A stretch of 64,000 nucleotides of DNA from Candidatus Poribacteria bacterium. Its GTDB lineage: Bacteria; Poribacteria; WGA-4E; WGA-3G. Below the pieces are notes generated by a model. It ran no database searches and had not been told where the DNA came from. It saw only the letters and a program-made list of their open reading frames with translations. The position numbers and the translations under genes are program-made. Position 1 is the stretch's first letter, and each line of letters begins with the position of its first letter. Location of the stretch: positions 5,472,001 through 5,536,000 of the forward strand of contig OZ242029.1 of NCBI GenBank assembly GCA_965205015.1, in the 5' to 3' direction. Positions 37,939-46,556 of this stretch are shown here, in pieces.

Positions 37939-39174
37939 TCATTCTCCAAATTCTCTGCCCTCCCGTTGGGCGGTCTCCCATTTTCGGTGTGTTGCAAAGA
38001 GTTTAACCTCAAAAGGGCGCATTCGCGTCACGAACGACCCATCGGATACAGTGGTTTTCTCGTCTCCGTAGAGTTCTACAAATTCGGTGCCGTTGAGGGC
38101 ATCCAACCCATTGACTTCCACCCCCATGTAGGAATGCTCATCTTCATTGACGAGCACAATGAGCCAGTCGCGTCCGATCCTACGAGCCGTGAGGCTCACA
38201 CCGCGCAGCGAAGTTGGGACAGATATATCGGTGCGTCCGTCATCAATCACTTGCACTGTGACATATCGCTCAATCGGCGCTGTGAGAAAAGATTGGAGCT
38301 CGGCGAGTTCGCTCGTCAAGGCGTAAAGCGATTTCCGAAAAGCCTCTTTTCCCTCGGATTTGAGATAACTGGATCCCCAATACAAAATGCCTCTCGCCCC
38401 ATGTGTAACGCAAGCATACGCCATCAGACGCGATTCAGCAAACGTGGGAAACGCGATGATGTCGGTGTCGCCATCATCCAAATCGTTCCATGTAAATCCC
38501 TGAAGCACCATCCATACAGGTCTCCCTTTGCCGACCTGTCCCCAACGGTCCGTGGAATCGGCAAGACGGATAGCCGGACGTCCGTCCGCCCGAACCGGAT
38601 AATCATCGCAACCCGTAATGTCTACAAAGTCAATGTACTGTCGGACAAATTTCAGATCGCTATCGCGCGCTTCATTTATCCAAATCTGTCGATTCTGTGA
38701 ATCAATACTGCGGATGAATTCAATGGCTTCGCGCATATTGGGCATAATCTCCGCCGCCTGTTCCTCAGAATACTGTATAGCAAGCGGTGTTTGCATCCAC
38801 CATTCACCTTTATTCGGGAACACCGCCAATTGATCCTGTTTCCAGAGACCACTATATGCGGTGAAGCTCCAGACCACCTCATCTGGACCTTCCCACACAG
38901 CAAGGGCGGGATGCTCCGCGAGGGAGCGGACCTGTTCCTGAAATTCGGGCGTTGCCCCCGATCGAAGCCCCAAGGGTACCCACCCCATCATTCCGTGTGC
39001 CTGTGCGCGATCCAGTGAATCCGTGTTCCCACATCGAATGAGATTGACACCCGCGTCCGCCATATCTCTGAGTGCGTCATCGTCAGCAGGATGTTCATAA
39101 AACCCGATCGGAAAGAGCCGTCGTCCATCCTGAGTGAGAAACCCATCGCCATGTCCATAGAGAATATCGCTCAT
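37939..39174 (-). CDS. Hypothetical glycoside hydrolase-like TIM-barrel protein
   Basis: FPIGFY, HPALAVWEGPDE, DITGCDDYP, PVWMVLQGF, HGARGILYW. Confidence 0.65.
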   Translation of the reverse strand: MSDILYGHGDGFLTQDGRRLFPIGFYEHPADDDALRDMADAGVNLIRCGNTDSLDRAQAHGMMGWVPLGLRSGATPEFQEQVRSLAEHPALAVWEGPDEVVWSFTAYSGLWKQDQLAVFPNKGEWWMQTPLAIQYSEEQAAEIMPNMREAIEFIRSIDSQNRQIWINEARDSDLKFVRQYIDFVDITGCDDYPVRADGRPAIRLADSTDRWGQVGKGRPVWMVLQGFTWNDLDDGDTDIIAFPTFAESRLMAYACVTHGARGILYWGSSYLKSEGKEAFRKSLYALTSELAELQSFLTAPIERYVTVQVIDDGRTDISVPTSLRGVSLTARRIGRDWLIVLVNEDEHSYMGVEVNGLDALNGTEFVELYGDEKTTVSDGSFVTRMRPFEVKLFATHRKWETAQREGREFGE

Positions 39175-39198
39175 TCGGAACCTCCATCTCGTATATCC

Positions 39199-40578
39199 TT
39201 ATGCTAATAGGTGGTTTTCCCACCATGCGACGTAATCCACATCGCTTATATCGTGTGAGAGTCCTCGTTTTTCCATGTCCTGCCTGAATCTTTCTGCCAT
39301 ATTTTCGTCCCAATACGTGGTGACCTCTGAAGATTCAGGTATGTCTCCCATATCCCCCGTCTCCATCATCCACTTGTCGAGCCGCGCGGCGAGTTTGTTT
39401 CGCACGGCGTTATAGTCTGGATCCGCGGCGAGGTTATTAATTTCATAGGGGTCCGTTTCCAAATCATACAATTCTTCGGGGGACCGCGTCTGTTTCATAA
39501 AATGCTGTTGCGCATCGGATAACTTACCTTTTGCGGATAACAACGGCATCAAGGTCCAGAGTGGATACTGCTGTTTCTTGTAACCGTTGAATTGCATATA
39601 GGGACGCTCAGGGTGATAATTGCGAATGAGTTTATAGCGGTGCGTTCGGATACATCGAATTCTGTCATCCGTCCCGTCACACCGATCCCTCGCTGCGAAG
39701 ATTGCGTCGCGCGATGTTGCATCGACTCCGAGGAAAATTTGTCCTTGCATGAAGTCAGGAATGTCAACGCCCGCGAGGGATAACGTTGTCGGTGCGAAAT
39801 CAACACCACTGATGAGTTTGTCATCAACAGTCCCCGACGCAACACGTCCGGGCCATCGAACGATGAGCGGAATATGGATACCACCGTCATAGAGGAACTG
39901 CTTGCAACGGATATGTGCGCGGCCGTGATCGCTCATAAAGAAGATGATCGTGTTGTCCGAGAGGCCTTCATCATCCAACCGTCTGAGAATCTGTCCGACC
40001 TTTTTATCTAAAATCTGGATGCTCTCAAGATAGAGTGCCCAATCCTTTCGGACAAGCGGATGGTCAGGATAGTAAGGTGGTAACTCGACCTCCTCCGGGG
40101 AAATCGGACGTTCTCGATCCGGTTTGAAGACGCGATGTGTATCAGGGATGTTAATCTGTGCGTAAAAGGGTTGTCCTTCGGCGCGTTCGGTCCAGTCAAT
40201 GCCGTCAAAGGGGTGTTCCTGCTGAAAGTTGAAATCGGTTTTTCCGGGACGATCATAAGGGGGTCCTGGACTGTTGCAAGTAAAATAGCCTGCTTCTCGG
40301 AAACAATCGGTGATAAGGTTCATATCCGCCCGTAACGGCTTATTACGATTGCTGCGATGGTTGTGCGCGTCAAAGTGTGTCTGATAGGTCCCTGTGATCA
40401 GCGCAGAGCGACTTGGTGAACAGACTGGACATGTGACGAAAGCATTCGTATAGCGAACACCTTCGGATGCGAATCGATCAATATTTGGTGTTGCAACCGC
40501 AGGTGTGCCGTAACAGCCGAGGTCTGGCGAGAGGTCTTCGCCATAAATCCAGAGGACATTCGGTTGTGTTGTGGGCAT
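39199..40578 (-). CDS. Formylglycine-dependent sulfatase
   Basis: PNVLWIYGED, CSPSRSALITG, SDHG, ELYDL..DP.E..NL. Confidence 0.93.
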   Translation of the reverse strand: MPTTQPNVLWIYGEDLSPDLGCYGTPAVATPNIDRFASEGVRYTNAFVTCPVCSPSRSALITGTYQTHFDAHNHRSNRNKPLRADMNLITDCFREAGYFTCNSPGPPYDRPGKTDFNFQQEHPFDGIDWTERAEGQPFYAQINIPDTHRVFKPDRERPISPEEVELPPYYPDHPLVRKDWALYLESIQILDKKVGQILRRLDDEGLSDNTIIFFMSDHGRAHIRCKQFLYDGGIHIPLIVRWPGRVASGTVDDKLISGVDFAPTTLSLAGVDIPDFMQGQIFLGVDATSRDAIFAARDRCDGTDDRIRCIRTHRYKLIRNYHPERPYMQFNGYKKQQYPLWTLMPLLSAKGKLSDAQQHFMKQTRSPEELYDLETDPYEINNLAADPDYNAVRNKLAARLDKWMMETGDMGDIPESSEVTTYWDENMAERFRQDMEKRGLSHDISDVDYVAWWENHLLA

Positions 40579-40610
40579 GATTACCTCATTTTTATATCAG
40601 CGCGTACGTA

Positions 40611-41072
40611 TCAAAACAGTTTTAGAAGAGCAATAAGAACACCCATGGCGGCTAATCCAACACCCAGCACCCATTTGAAGGTTCCAATCTCGCTTTCGAT
40701 CCGGTCAAGGCGACTCTCGACACCGCCAAGACGATTTTCGACGTTGTCAAGGCGTTGTTCAAGAGGTTTGATATCCGCCTTATCGGCTTTCTCATCAAGC
40801 TTCGCCTCCAAGACTTTCAGGTCCGCCTTATCGGCTTTCTCATCAAGCTTCGCCTCCAAGACTTTCAGGTCCGCCTTATCGGCTTTCTCATCAAGCTTCA
40901 CCTCCAAGACTTTCAGGTCCGCCTTATCGGCTTTCTCATCAAGCTTCGCCTCCAAGACTTTCAGATCCGCCTTATCGGCTTTCTCATCGACCTTCGCCTC
41001 TAATCGATCCAAGCGGATGTGGATCTGTTTTAGGGTATGAATGAGGAGTTCATTGAAATTATTCTCAGCCAC
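40611..41072 (-). CDS. Coiled-coil repeat protein with C-terminal TM anchor (DUF1640/Bdr-like)
   Basis: GTG start with AAAGG SD; (LEAKLDEKADKADLKV)n; C-terminal hydrophobic helix. Confidence 0.8.
   Translation of the reverse strand: MAENNFNELLIHTLKQIHIRLDRLEAKVDEKADKADLKVLEAKLDEKADKADLKVLEVKLDEKADKADLKVLEAKLDEKADKADLKVLEAKLDEKADKADIKPLEQRLDNVENRLGGVESRLDRIESEIGTFKWVLGVGLAAMGVLIALLKLF
40774..41001. repeat. Intragenic 48-bp tandem repeat, about 4.75 copies
   Basis: TCCGCCTTATCGGCTTTCTCATCAAGCTTCGCCTCCAAGACTTTCAGG nearly identical between units. Confidence 0.95.
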
Positions 41073-41091
41073 TGGTTTTTCCTTTGCTTTA

Positions 41092-41961
41092 CTATGGTGC
41101 GCCGTTAACGTTATCCACCACGTACCGATTCCGGAACAGTGTCCGTCGCAGCGGTGGCATTTCAGCAAGGAGTTTCGGATGGGGTTGGTAAACCTTCGCG
41201 AAACCGCTATCGACAGGACTATACAGATTAAAAACGGCGATCCTGTCGTTTTCAGTATTCGTCCACTCAGTGGCACTATGGGTCAGTGCTTCTGTGAAAA
41301 AGAGGAGTGAACCTCCCGGACAGCCGTAAGTCGTCCAAATATCGGAATCAGGATTTTGGATATCCGGCGGTGCTGTATAAACCGATTTGTGGCTACCGGT
41401 CACCAAAAGCGTTCCCCCCTGTCCTTTCTTCACCTCGTTTAACTCCCATACAATACGGGTGTGCGGACTGTAGCCTTTGCCGGGGAAAGCGTTATAGTAG
41501 TGGACATCGCCGGGAAAACGGAGTAAGCCGTTGCCGTTGTGCGGTCCAAACCGTCCCATGCCGGGCGCGCGATAAAAAAGACTTGCACTTTCAACGGAGA
41601 AACCGTAGCACTCCGGACTTGTTACAGCTGGATGCGCCGTGAATTCGTTGAGCAGTGATACAACCAGCGGATGATCGATGAGTTTCTGGAGCGGACCCCC
41701 GACGGGACTCCGTTCATGCTCTGGAATAGATTCCGGGTCGTGGTGGAGGCGGTAGCCGAAATCGCGCATCTCTTTGAGTTCCGATCCGGTAAATACCTCC
41801 GGGACCAGAAACCAACCGTGCGTATCAAAGGCATATCGCTGTTCCGGAGTCAGCTCAGGAACCGCTAAACCGTCGGCGTTTCGGGTCGGAAATTCATAAG
41901 TATCCGGTGGCAATAATGCGCCGAGCCAAGGTTGCTGATTTTTGTCTGTCTGTTTTTCCAT
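41092..41961 (-). CDS. PhyH-family Fe(II)/2OG enzyme with HXG motif
   Basis: FDTHGWFLV, PHNG, GSHK, EALTHS, DRIA. Confidence 0.85.
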   Translation of the reverse strand: MEKQTDKNQQPWLGALLPPDTYEFPTRNADGLAVPELTPEQRYAFDTHGWFLVPEVFTGSELKEMRDFGYRLHHDPESIPEHERSPVGGPLQKLIDHPLVVSLLNEFTAHPAVTSPECYGFSVESASLFYRAPGMGRFGPHNGNGLLRFPGDVHYYNAFPGKGYSPHTRIVWELNEVKKGQGGTLLVTGSHKSVYTAPPDIQNPDSDIWTTYGCPGGSLLFFTEALTHSATEWTNTENDRIAVFNLYSPVDSGFAKVYQPHPKLLAEMPPLRRTLFRNRYVVDNVNGAP

Positions 41962-41990
41962 CAGATTTCCCTCCTCATGGCTTTAGGTGA

Positions 41991-42914
41991 TTAAACTTCG
42001 GCAGGATAGGCGGATGTCCGCTGGTTAAAGTCCCCATTGACGACGTTGCCGCCTGCGTAGGTCTCCCGGAAAAGTGTCTGCCGTTTGGGAGGCATTGCTT
42101 CGAGGAGTTGCGGATGCGGTAACCAATTCGACCAGCGACTTGCCACCGTGTTGTACAAATTTGAGATAGAGACCCGTTCAGCAGCACTGACCTGAACCTG
42201 CGTCTGCGTCATAGATTCTGTGAGCAGAAAGAGAGAACCGGGCGGACATTCATACGTCTCCCACAACGGCGAATCCGGATTCTGCAAAGCCTCTGGCATC
42301 GGATACGCGGCTTTGTGGCTCCCTGTAATAAACCGAATGTTATTTGTTTCTGCAGTGACTTCGGTGAGTTCCCATATTGCGCGTGTTAATCCACTCCAGC
42401 CCCGTCCTGGCACGCACCGATAGAGATGAGAATCCCCCGGTAAACGAAATAATCCGTTTCCTTTGTGAAGTCCTGACTGAACTTCAAGACCTCTTGAGGT
42501 GTTCCCGAAGAATGCCGCTGTTTCCTCCAGTCGGAACCCATAGCAATCCTCACTTGCAGCGGGTGGATACGCCAAAAACTCATTCAGAAAGCCAACGATG
42601 ACCGGATGGTCAGTGAGTTTTTGAAGTGGACCGCCGAGTGCACAACGCTCTGGTTCCGGGATACTTTCCGGGGTCTCGTGTAGGTGCTGACAGAATTCGC
42701 GCATTTCGGCGAGGTCTACGTCCGATAAAACACTCGGAATCAGGAGCCAACCATTACGGTCAAAATCATATTTTTGCTTCTGGGTTGGAACAATAACGGG
42801 CGCACCATCAGCATTGGTTCGTGTTAGGTCTTCGGGTTCGACTTCAACGGCACTCCCTAAGTTTTTGTTAACAATAAAAGGTTTTCTTGTTGCGAGTTCT
42901 TTGTAAGCCATCAC
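41991..42914 (-). CDS. PhyH-family paralog lacking the distal His
   Basis: FDRNGWLLI, LHKG, GSHK, ESMTQT where the paralog has EALTHS. Confidence 0.8.
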   Translation of the reverse strand: MMAYKELATRKPFIVNKNLGSAVEVEPEDLTRTNADGAPVIVPTQKQKYDFDRNGWLLIPSVLSDVDLAEMREFCQHLHETPESIPEPERCALGGPLQKLTDHPVIVGFLNEFLAYPPAASEDCYGFRLEETAAFFGNTSRGLEVQSGLHKGNGLFRLPGDSHLYRCVPGRGWSGLTRAIWELTEVTAETNNIRFITGSHKAAYPMPEALQNPDSPLWETYECPPGSLFLLTESMTQTQVQVSAAERVSISNLYNTVASRWSNWLPHPQLLEAMPPKRQTLFRETYAGGNVVNGDFNQRTSAYPAEV

Positions 42915-43002
42915 GATATTTCCCTTTCAATTACCATCCGCCTGAAGCTGCCCTTCACAGTACCGAGATGCAGTTGGTAGGTTTTCGAATCTCGATCCGG
43001 GT

Positions 43003-43614
43003 TTACGAACGACTCCGTGTTTCTAAAACGCGGAACATGTGGTGAGCATAACTCATCGTTGAGATAAATACGAATATCAGCGCGAGACAAAGACCGTAAA
43101 ATTCAATATTCTTCGGTAAGCGTGGCATTATCGGACGGAGCAGATAAAGCAGTATAACAATTGACAAAAAGAAACTGGTACATTTTCCCCAAAAGTTAGA
43201 ACGGGTAATCATCTTCGCCTTATATGCCAAGACGGCATTGCCAAGCACAATTAAGGTATCACGCACAACAATCACCAGAAATGCCCATACCGGAAATCTG
43301 GAATGGAATATAGCGAGTGCAAAGATTCCTGCGGAGAGGGCGAGTTTATCAGCAACTGGGTCTAATATATAACCGAGTTGGGTGTGTTGCTTCAAACGTC
43401 GGGCGAAGAACCCATCTAACAGATCCGTAATAACAGCAACTGTACCACAAGCGATCGCGATCCCCCACTGGGCACGGTAAATGAAGTAGAAGATAAATGG
43501 GACCGTGAGGAGTCGAAAAATCGATAAGATATTACTAACATAGAAGAAATCCCGGCGTGTAATCTGGATCAACCGGGTTTCGGTAAACTGATGGATGGGA
43601 GCCTTTAGTGCCAT
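43003..43614 (-). CDS. CDP-alcohol phosphatidyltransferase (PgsA-like)
   Basis: NILSIFR, TDLLDGFFAR...G..LDPVADK. Confidence 0.92.
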   Translation of the reverse strand: MALKAPIHQFTETRLIQITRRDFFYVSNILSIFRLLTVPFIFYFIYRAQWGIAIACGTVAVITDLLDGFFARRLKQHTQLGYILDPVADKLALSAGIFALAIFHSRFPVWAFLVIVVRDTLIVLGNAVLAYKAKMITRSNFWGKCTSFFLSIVILLYLLRPIMPRLPKNIEFYGLCLALIFVFISTMSYAHHMFRVLETRSRS

Positions 43615-43709
43615 TATGTTATCGCGTGATAGATAGGATTCTGTGCTGTAGGAGTGAGCGTCTCAATACAGGAAGCCTGCCAACTTCGTCCAACACGATT
43701 GCGACCTTC

Positions 43710-44378
43710 TTAATTGTTTTGCGCTGCTAATTGAAACGCTATCCGTCGATTCTGGTCGGTCAGAATCTCGATTTCACGTGTGAGGAGCTGCTCTAACGGG
43801 ATTGTCTCCAACAAGGTTTGTTTTTCTTCGAGGGAAATCCGTAACCGTATGCCGACTTGGTAAGCCAGTTCCCTCGGATCATCCGGCTGTTCTTCAGGCG
43901 GATTCCAAGCGAAAATTAATCGACTGGATAATTTTTCGTAAACTGTATACAATTCTCCAGCTTGTGTCGTGAGTAATTCGGATACCGATTCAATTTCTGT
44001 ATCCAAGTCATCTAACATCCGAACCCGCCCTGTCAGGTAGGAGAGATGCTCCTGAACCTCCAGAATTTTAAAGCGGTACTCACCAGCTGTAATAATATTC
44101 ATGCGGCCGTCGTCTAAATGTTCAACTTGAAGGATACGGGCGGCTGTGCCGATTTCATACGGTGTCGCGGCTTCACCTACCTCTTCTCCTTCTTTGATAA
44201 GGATAACTCCAAACTCAGACTGATGTTCCAAGCAGAATTTAATCATCGTTCGGTAACGCGGTTCAAAGATATGTAGCGGTAAAAATCCGCCGGGGAACAA
44301 GACCGTCTGTAACGGAAAAAGCGGAATTTGTCGTTCATAAGGCATTTGACTTTTCGATGAGACTGGGGTACTCCGCAT
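43710..44378 (-). CDS. LON peptidase substrate-binding domain protein
   Basis: IPLFPL, LFPG, LPLHIFEPRYRTM, EKQTLLE. Confidence 0.9.
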   Translation of the reverse strand: MRSTPVSSKSQMPYERQIPLFPLQTVLFPGGFLPLHIFEPRYRTMIKFCLEHQSEFGVILIKEGEEVGEAATPYEIGTAARILQVEHLDDGRMNIITAGEYRFKILEVQEHLSYLTGRVRMLDDLDTEIESVSELLTTQAGELYTVYEKLSSRLIFAWNPPEEQPDDPRELAYQVGIRLRISLEEKQTLLETIPLEQLLTREIEILTDQNRRIAFQLAAQNN

Positions 44379-44678
44379 GTGAAACTCCTCTGTGCACGAT
44401 GTTCAATGTACAAGATGGACCTTAGTTTCGGCACCCTAAAACACGCTAAAGGATAGTCCGCAAAGAACCAACCTTTGCTTATAGTGTATCTAATAGACAT
44501 TTGTTTTCAGGCACAACTTTCTTTATATTTTTGCACAAAATACCTGATTCGTCAATAGTTTTTTACACAGCATAGAGACATTCAGTTTTCAGGAGTCAGG
44601 TGACGAGCATGGATAGGGGAAAATGTCAGTTCCAGCAGCAAACAGTCGTCTGAAGCAGGATTTACAAGATTCAGGGGC

Positions 44679-44707
44679 TTGACATTTAGCGGACTTTCCG
44701 CTATAAT
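44679..44707 (+). promoter_or_regulatory. Consensus sigma70 promoter with a palindrome in the spacer
   Basis: TTGACA-17-TATAAT; TAGCGGA-CTT-TCCGCTA at 44687-44703. Confidence 0.75.
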
Positions 44708-44806
44708 TCATCTCAGCGCGCTTATCATCGCTGAAGCAGTAAATTAGCGGATTTAATTCACATAGATATTCGGACATGCCCGTGGAGGCAACGGATATCA
44801 AAACGA

Positions 44807-45304
44807 TTGGAGAAAGTCGTGAATTCAGAAAAATTGGGAAATGCATTATTAAAATCCAAAGACATTGCCCTCACGCTTTTAGGGAGCCTGCTGTATCGGA
44901 CGCGCGTTGAACCTGTCCGTGATGCAGACGGGATAAAGGGTATAAAAGCCCGTTGGATAGGCGATCCCGGGGAAGACGTGATCGAGATCAACACCCCTTC
45001 AGGGAGCACGGATCTTACAATAGACGGAAACACAGCGCCGACGATTGAGTACATACAAGATGGTGAGAAACGGACAATCGCTGTCAGACATATTAAAAAC
45101 CTCTCATGTGAACTTGATCGAGAGACGATGGATCAGATCGCCACACCAAGAGGCGCGGGAATCGCGATGTGTATTGGTGCCGGCATCGGATTGCTCGGCT
45201 GGTTCTTGATTACAGTGATGCGTGCGCTACCCCCTCCGCGGACAGAACAGGACGATTCGGCAGCAACTCCTCCGATTCACACGACAGAAGATCCTGGGCA
45301 ATAA
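44807..45304 (+). CDS. Hypothetical protein with C-terminal TM helix (start uncertain)
   Basis: 165-aa ORF ending 3 nt before the next gene; TM segment GIAMCIGAGIGLLGWFLI. Confidence 0.6.
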   Translation: MEKVVNSEKLGNALLKSKDIALTLLGSLLYRTRVEPVRDADGIKGIKARWIGDPGEDVIEINTPSGSTDLTIDGNTAPTIEYIQDGEKRTIAVRHIKNLSCELDRETMDQIATPRGAGIAMCIGAGIGLLGWFLITVMRALPPPRTEQDDSAATPPIHTTEDPGQ

Positions 45305-45307
45305 ATA

Positions 45308-46501
45308 ATGAAAATTACCGCTGTCGATCCCTTTTATTTGCGGATGCCGGACATTACAACCGCTGCAGACGGAACACAAGACACACTTTTAGTACGCATT
45401 CAAACGGATACAGGCCTCGAAGGATGGGGTGAATGTGATGCCTCGCCGTTAGTCAGCCTCGCCGTTTATTGCTGTCCGATGTCGCACGGAAATATTATCA
45501 ACATTCGCACGTCACTCGTCGGTGAAACGATTGACGGTTCCGATGATGTGCTTCGACTGAGTGAAAAGACACTCCGAAACGGACTGGATATTCAACAGAT
45601 ACAACACGCTTATAGTGGTGCCGAAATCGCGCTGTGGGACGTTATTGGGCAGAACCTAAACACACCCATCTACCGTCTCCTTGCCGAGATATCAGGGACA
45701 TCCAGCACAGCACATCCTAAGCTGCCGTATGCCTCCGTCCTTTTTGGCAATACCCCCGAAGCGACCCATCACATAGCGACGCGTTTACGTGAACAAGGAT
45801 ACCGCGCGGCAAAGTTCGGTTGGGGACCGATGGGAAAATTCGGCGAGGCAAACGATATTGCACTTGTGCGTGCAGCGCGTGAAGGTATGGGAACAGAAGC
45901 ACAGATTATGATTGATGCCGGCGTTGTCTGGGGGAGCGATCACGAAACGGCTTACCAGCGTGCCGAGGCGTTCTCCCAATTCTCCCCGACATGGTTAGAG
46001 GAACCGCTTGCCCCGGATGCAGTCGATGCCTACGGTGCGCTAACGCGTCGGAATCCGACGGTTCGTATTGCCGCAGGTGAAGGATCGAATACCTACCGAA
46101 TGGCAGAAGATATCATCGTACACGGCGGGGTTCAGTTCGTACAGATTGACGCGGGACGTATCGGCGGGATTATGCCTTCCTTTCAGGTGCGTCAACTCTC
46201 GGAACAGCACGGTATCCAGTACGTCAACCACACGTTCAAGAGCCACCTGAGTCTTGCGGCAGCCCTTCACGTCTTTGCGACGAACCCCGATTTCAATCTA
46301 TTAGAGTACCCAGCAGCGGGATCGGAATTGTCGCAGCGGTTAGTCACGGAACCGTTCCATGTTGAATCCGATGGGATGGTTCGGGTAAAGGAATTACCTG
46401 GACTTGGTGTCCGTGTAGATACGGAAGCAATTCGCCCGTACTTAGCACCTGTCCGAATTGACGTAGGAACAGACACCGTTTTTGAACAGCAAGATTTTTA
46501 G
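45308..46501 (+). CDS. Mandelate racemase/muconate lactonizing enzyme family protein
   Basis: GWGE, EIALWD, KFG, MIDAG, WLEEPL, AAGE, PGLGV. Confidence 0.92.
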   Translation: MKITAVDPFYLRMPDITTAADGTQDTLLVRIQTDTGLEGWGECDASPLVSLAVYCCPMSHGNIINIRTSLVGETIDGSDDVLRLSEKTLRNGLDIQQIQHAYSGAEIALWDVIGQNLNTPIYRLLAEISGTSSTAHPKLPYASVLFGNTPEATHHIATRLREQGYRAAKFGWGPMGKFGEANDIALVRAAREGMGTEAQIMIDAGVVWGSDHETAYQRAEAFSQFSPTWLEEPLAPDAVDAYGALTRRNPTVRIAAGEGSNTYRMAEDIIVHGGVQFVQIDAGRIGGIMPSFQVRQLSEQHGIQYVNHTFKSHLSLAAALHVFATNPDFNLLEYPAAGSELSQRLVTEPFHVESDGMVRVKELPGLGVRVDTEAIRPYLAPVRIDVGTDTVFEQQDF

Positions 46502-46556
46502 GGACTTAGAATCTGCTTCCGTTTGAGGCTCTCTATTTCCTTGATCAGCGTTCAAT

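Noticed and set aside
37816-38700. Long antisense ORFs (this one, 5961..6599, 32509..33180, 49133..49747 and others)
   Set aside because: They are shadows of well-supported genes on the opposite strand.
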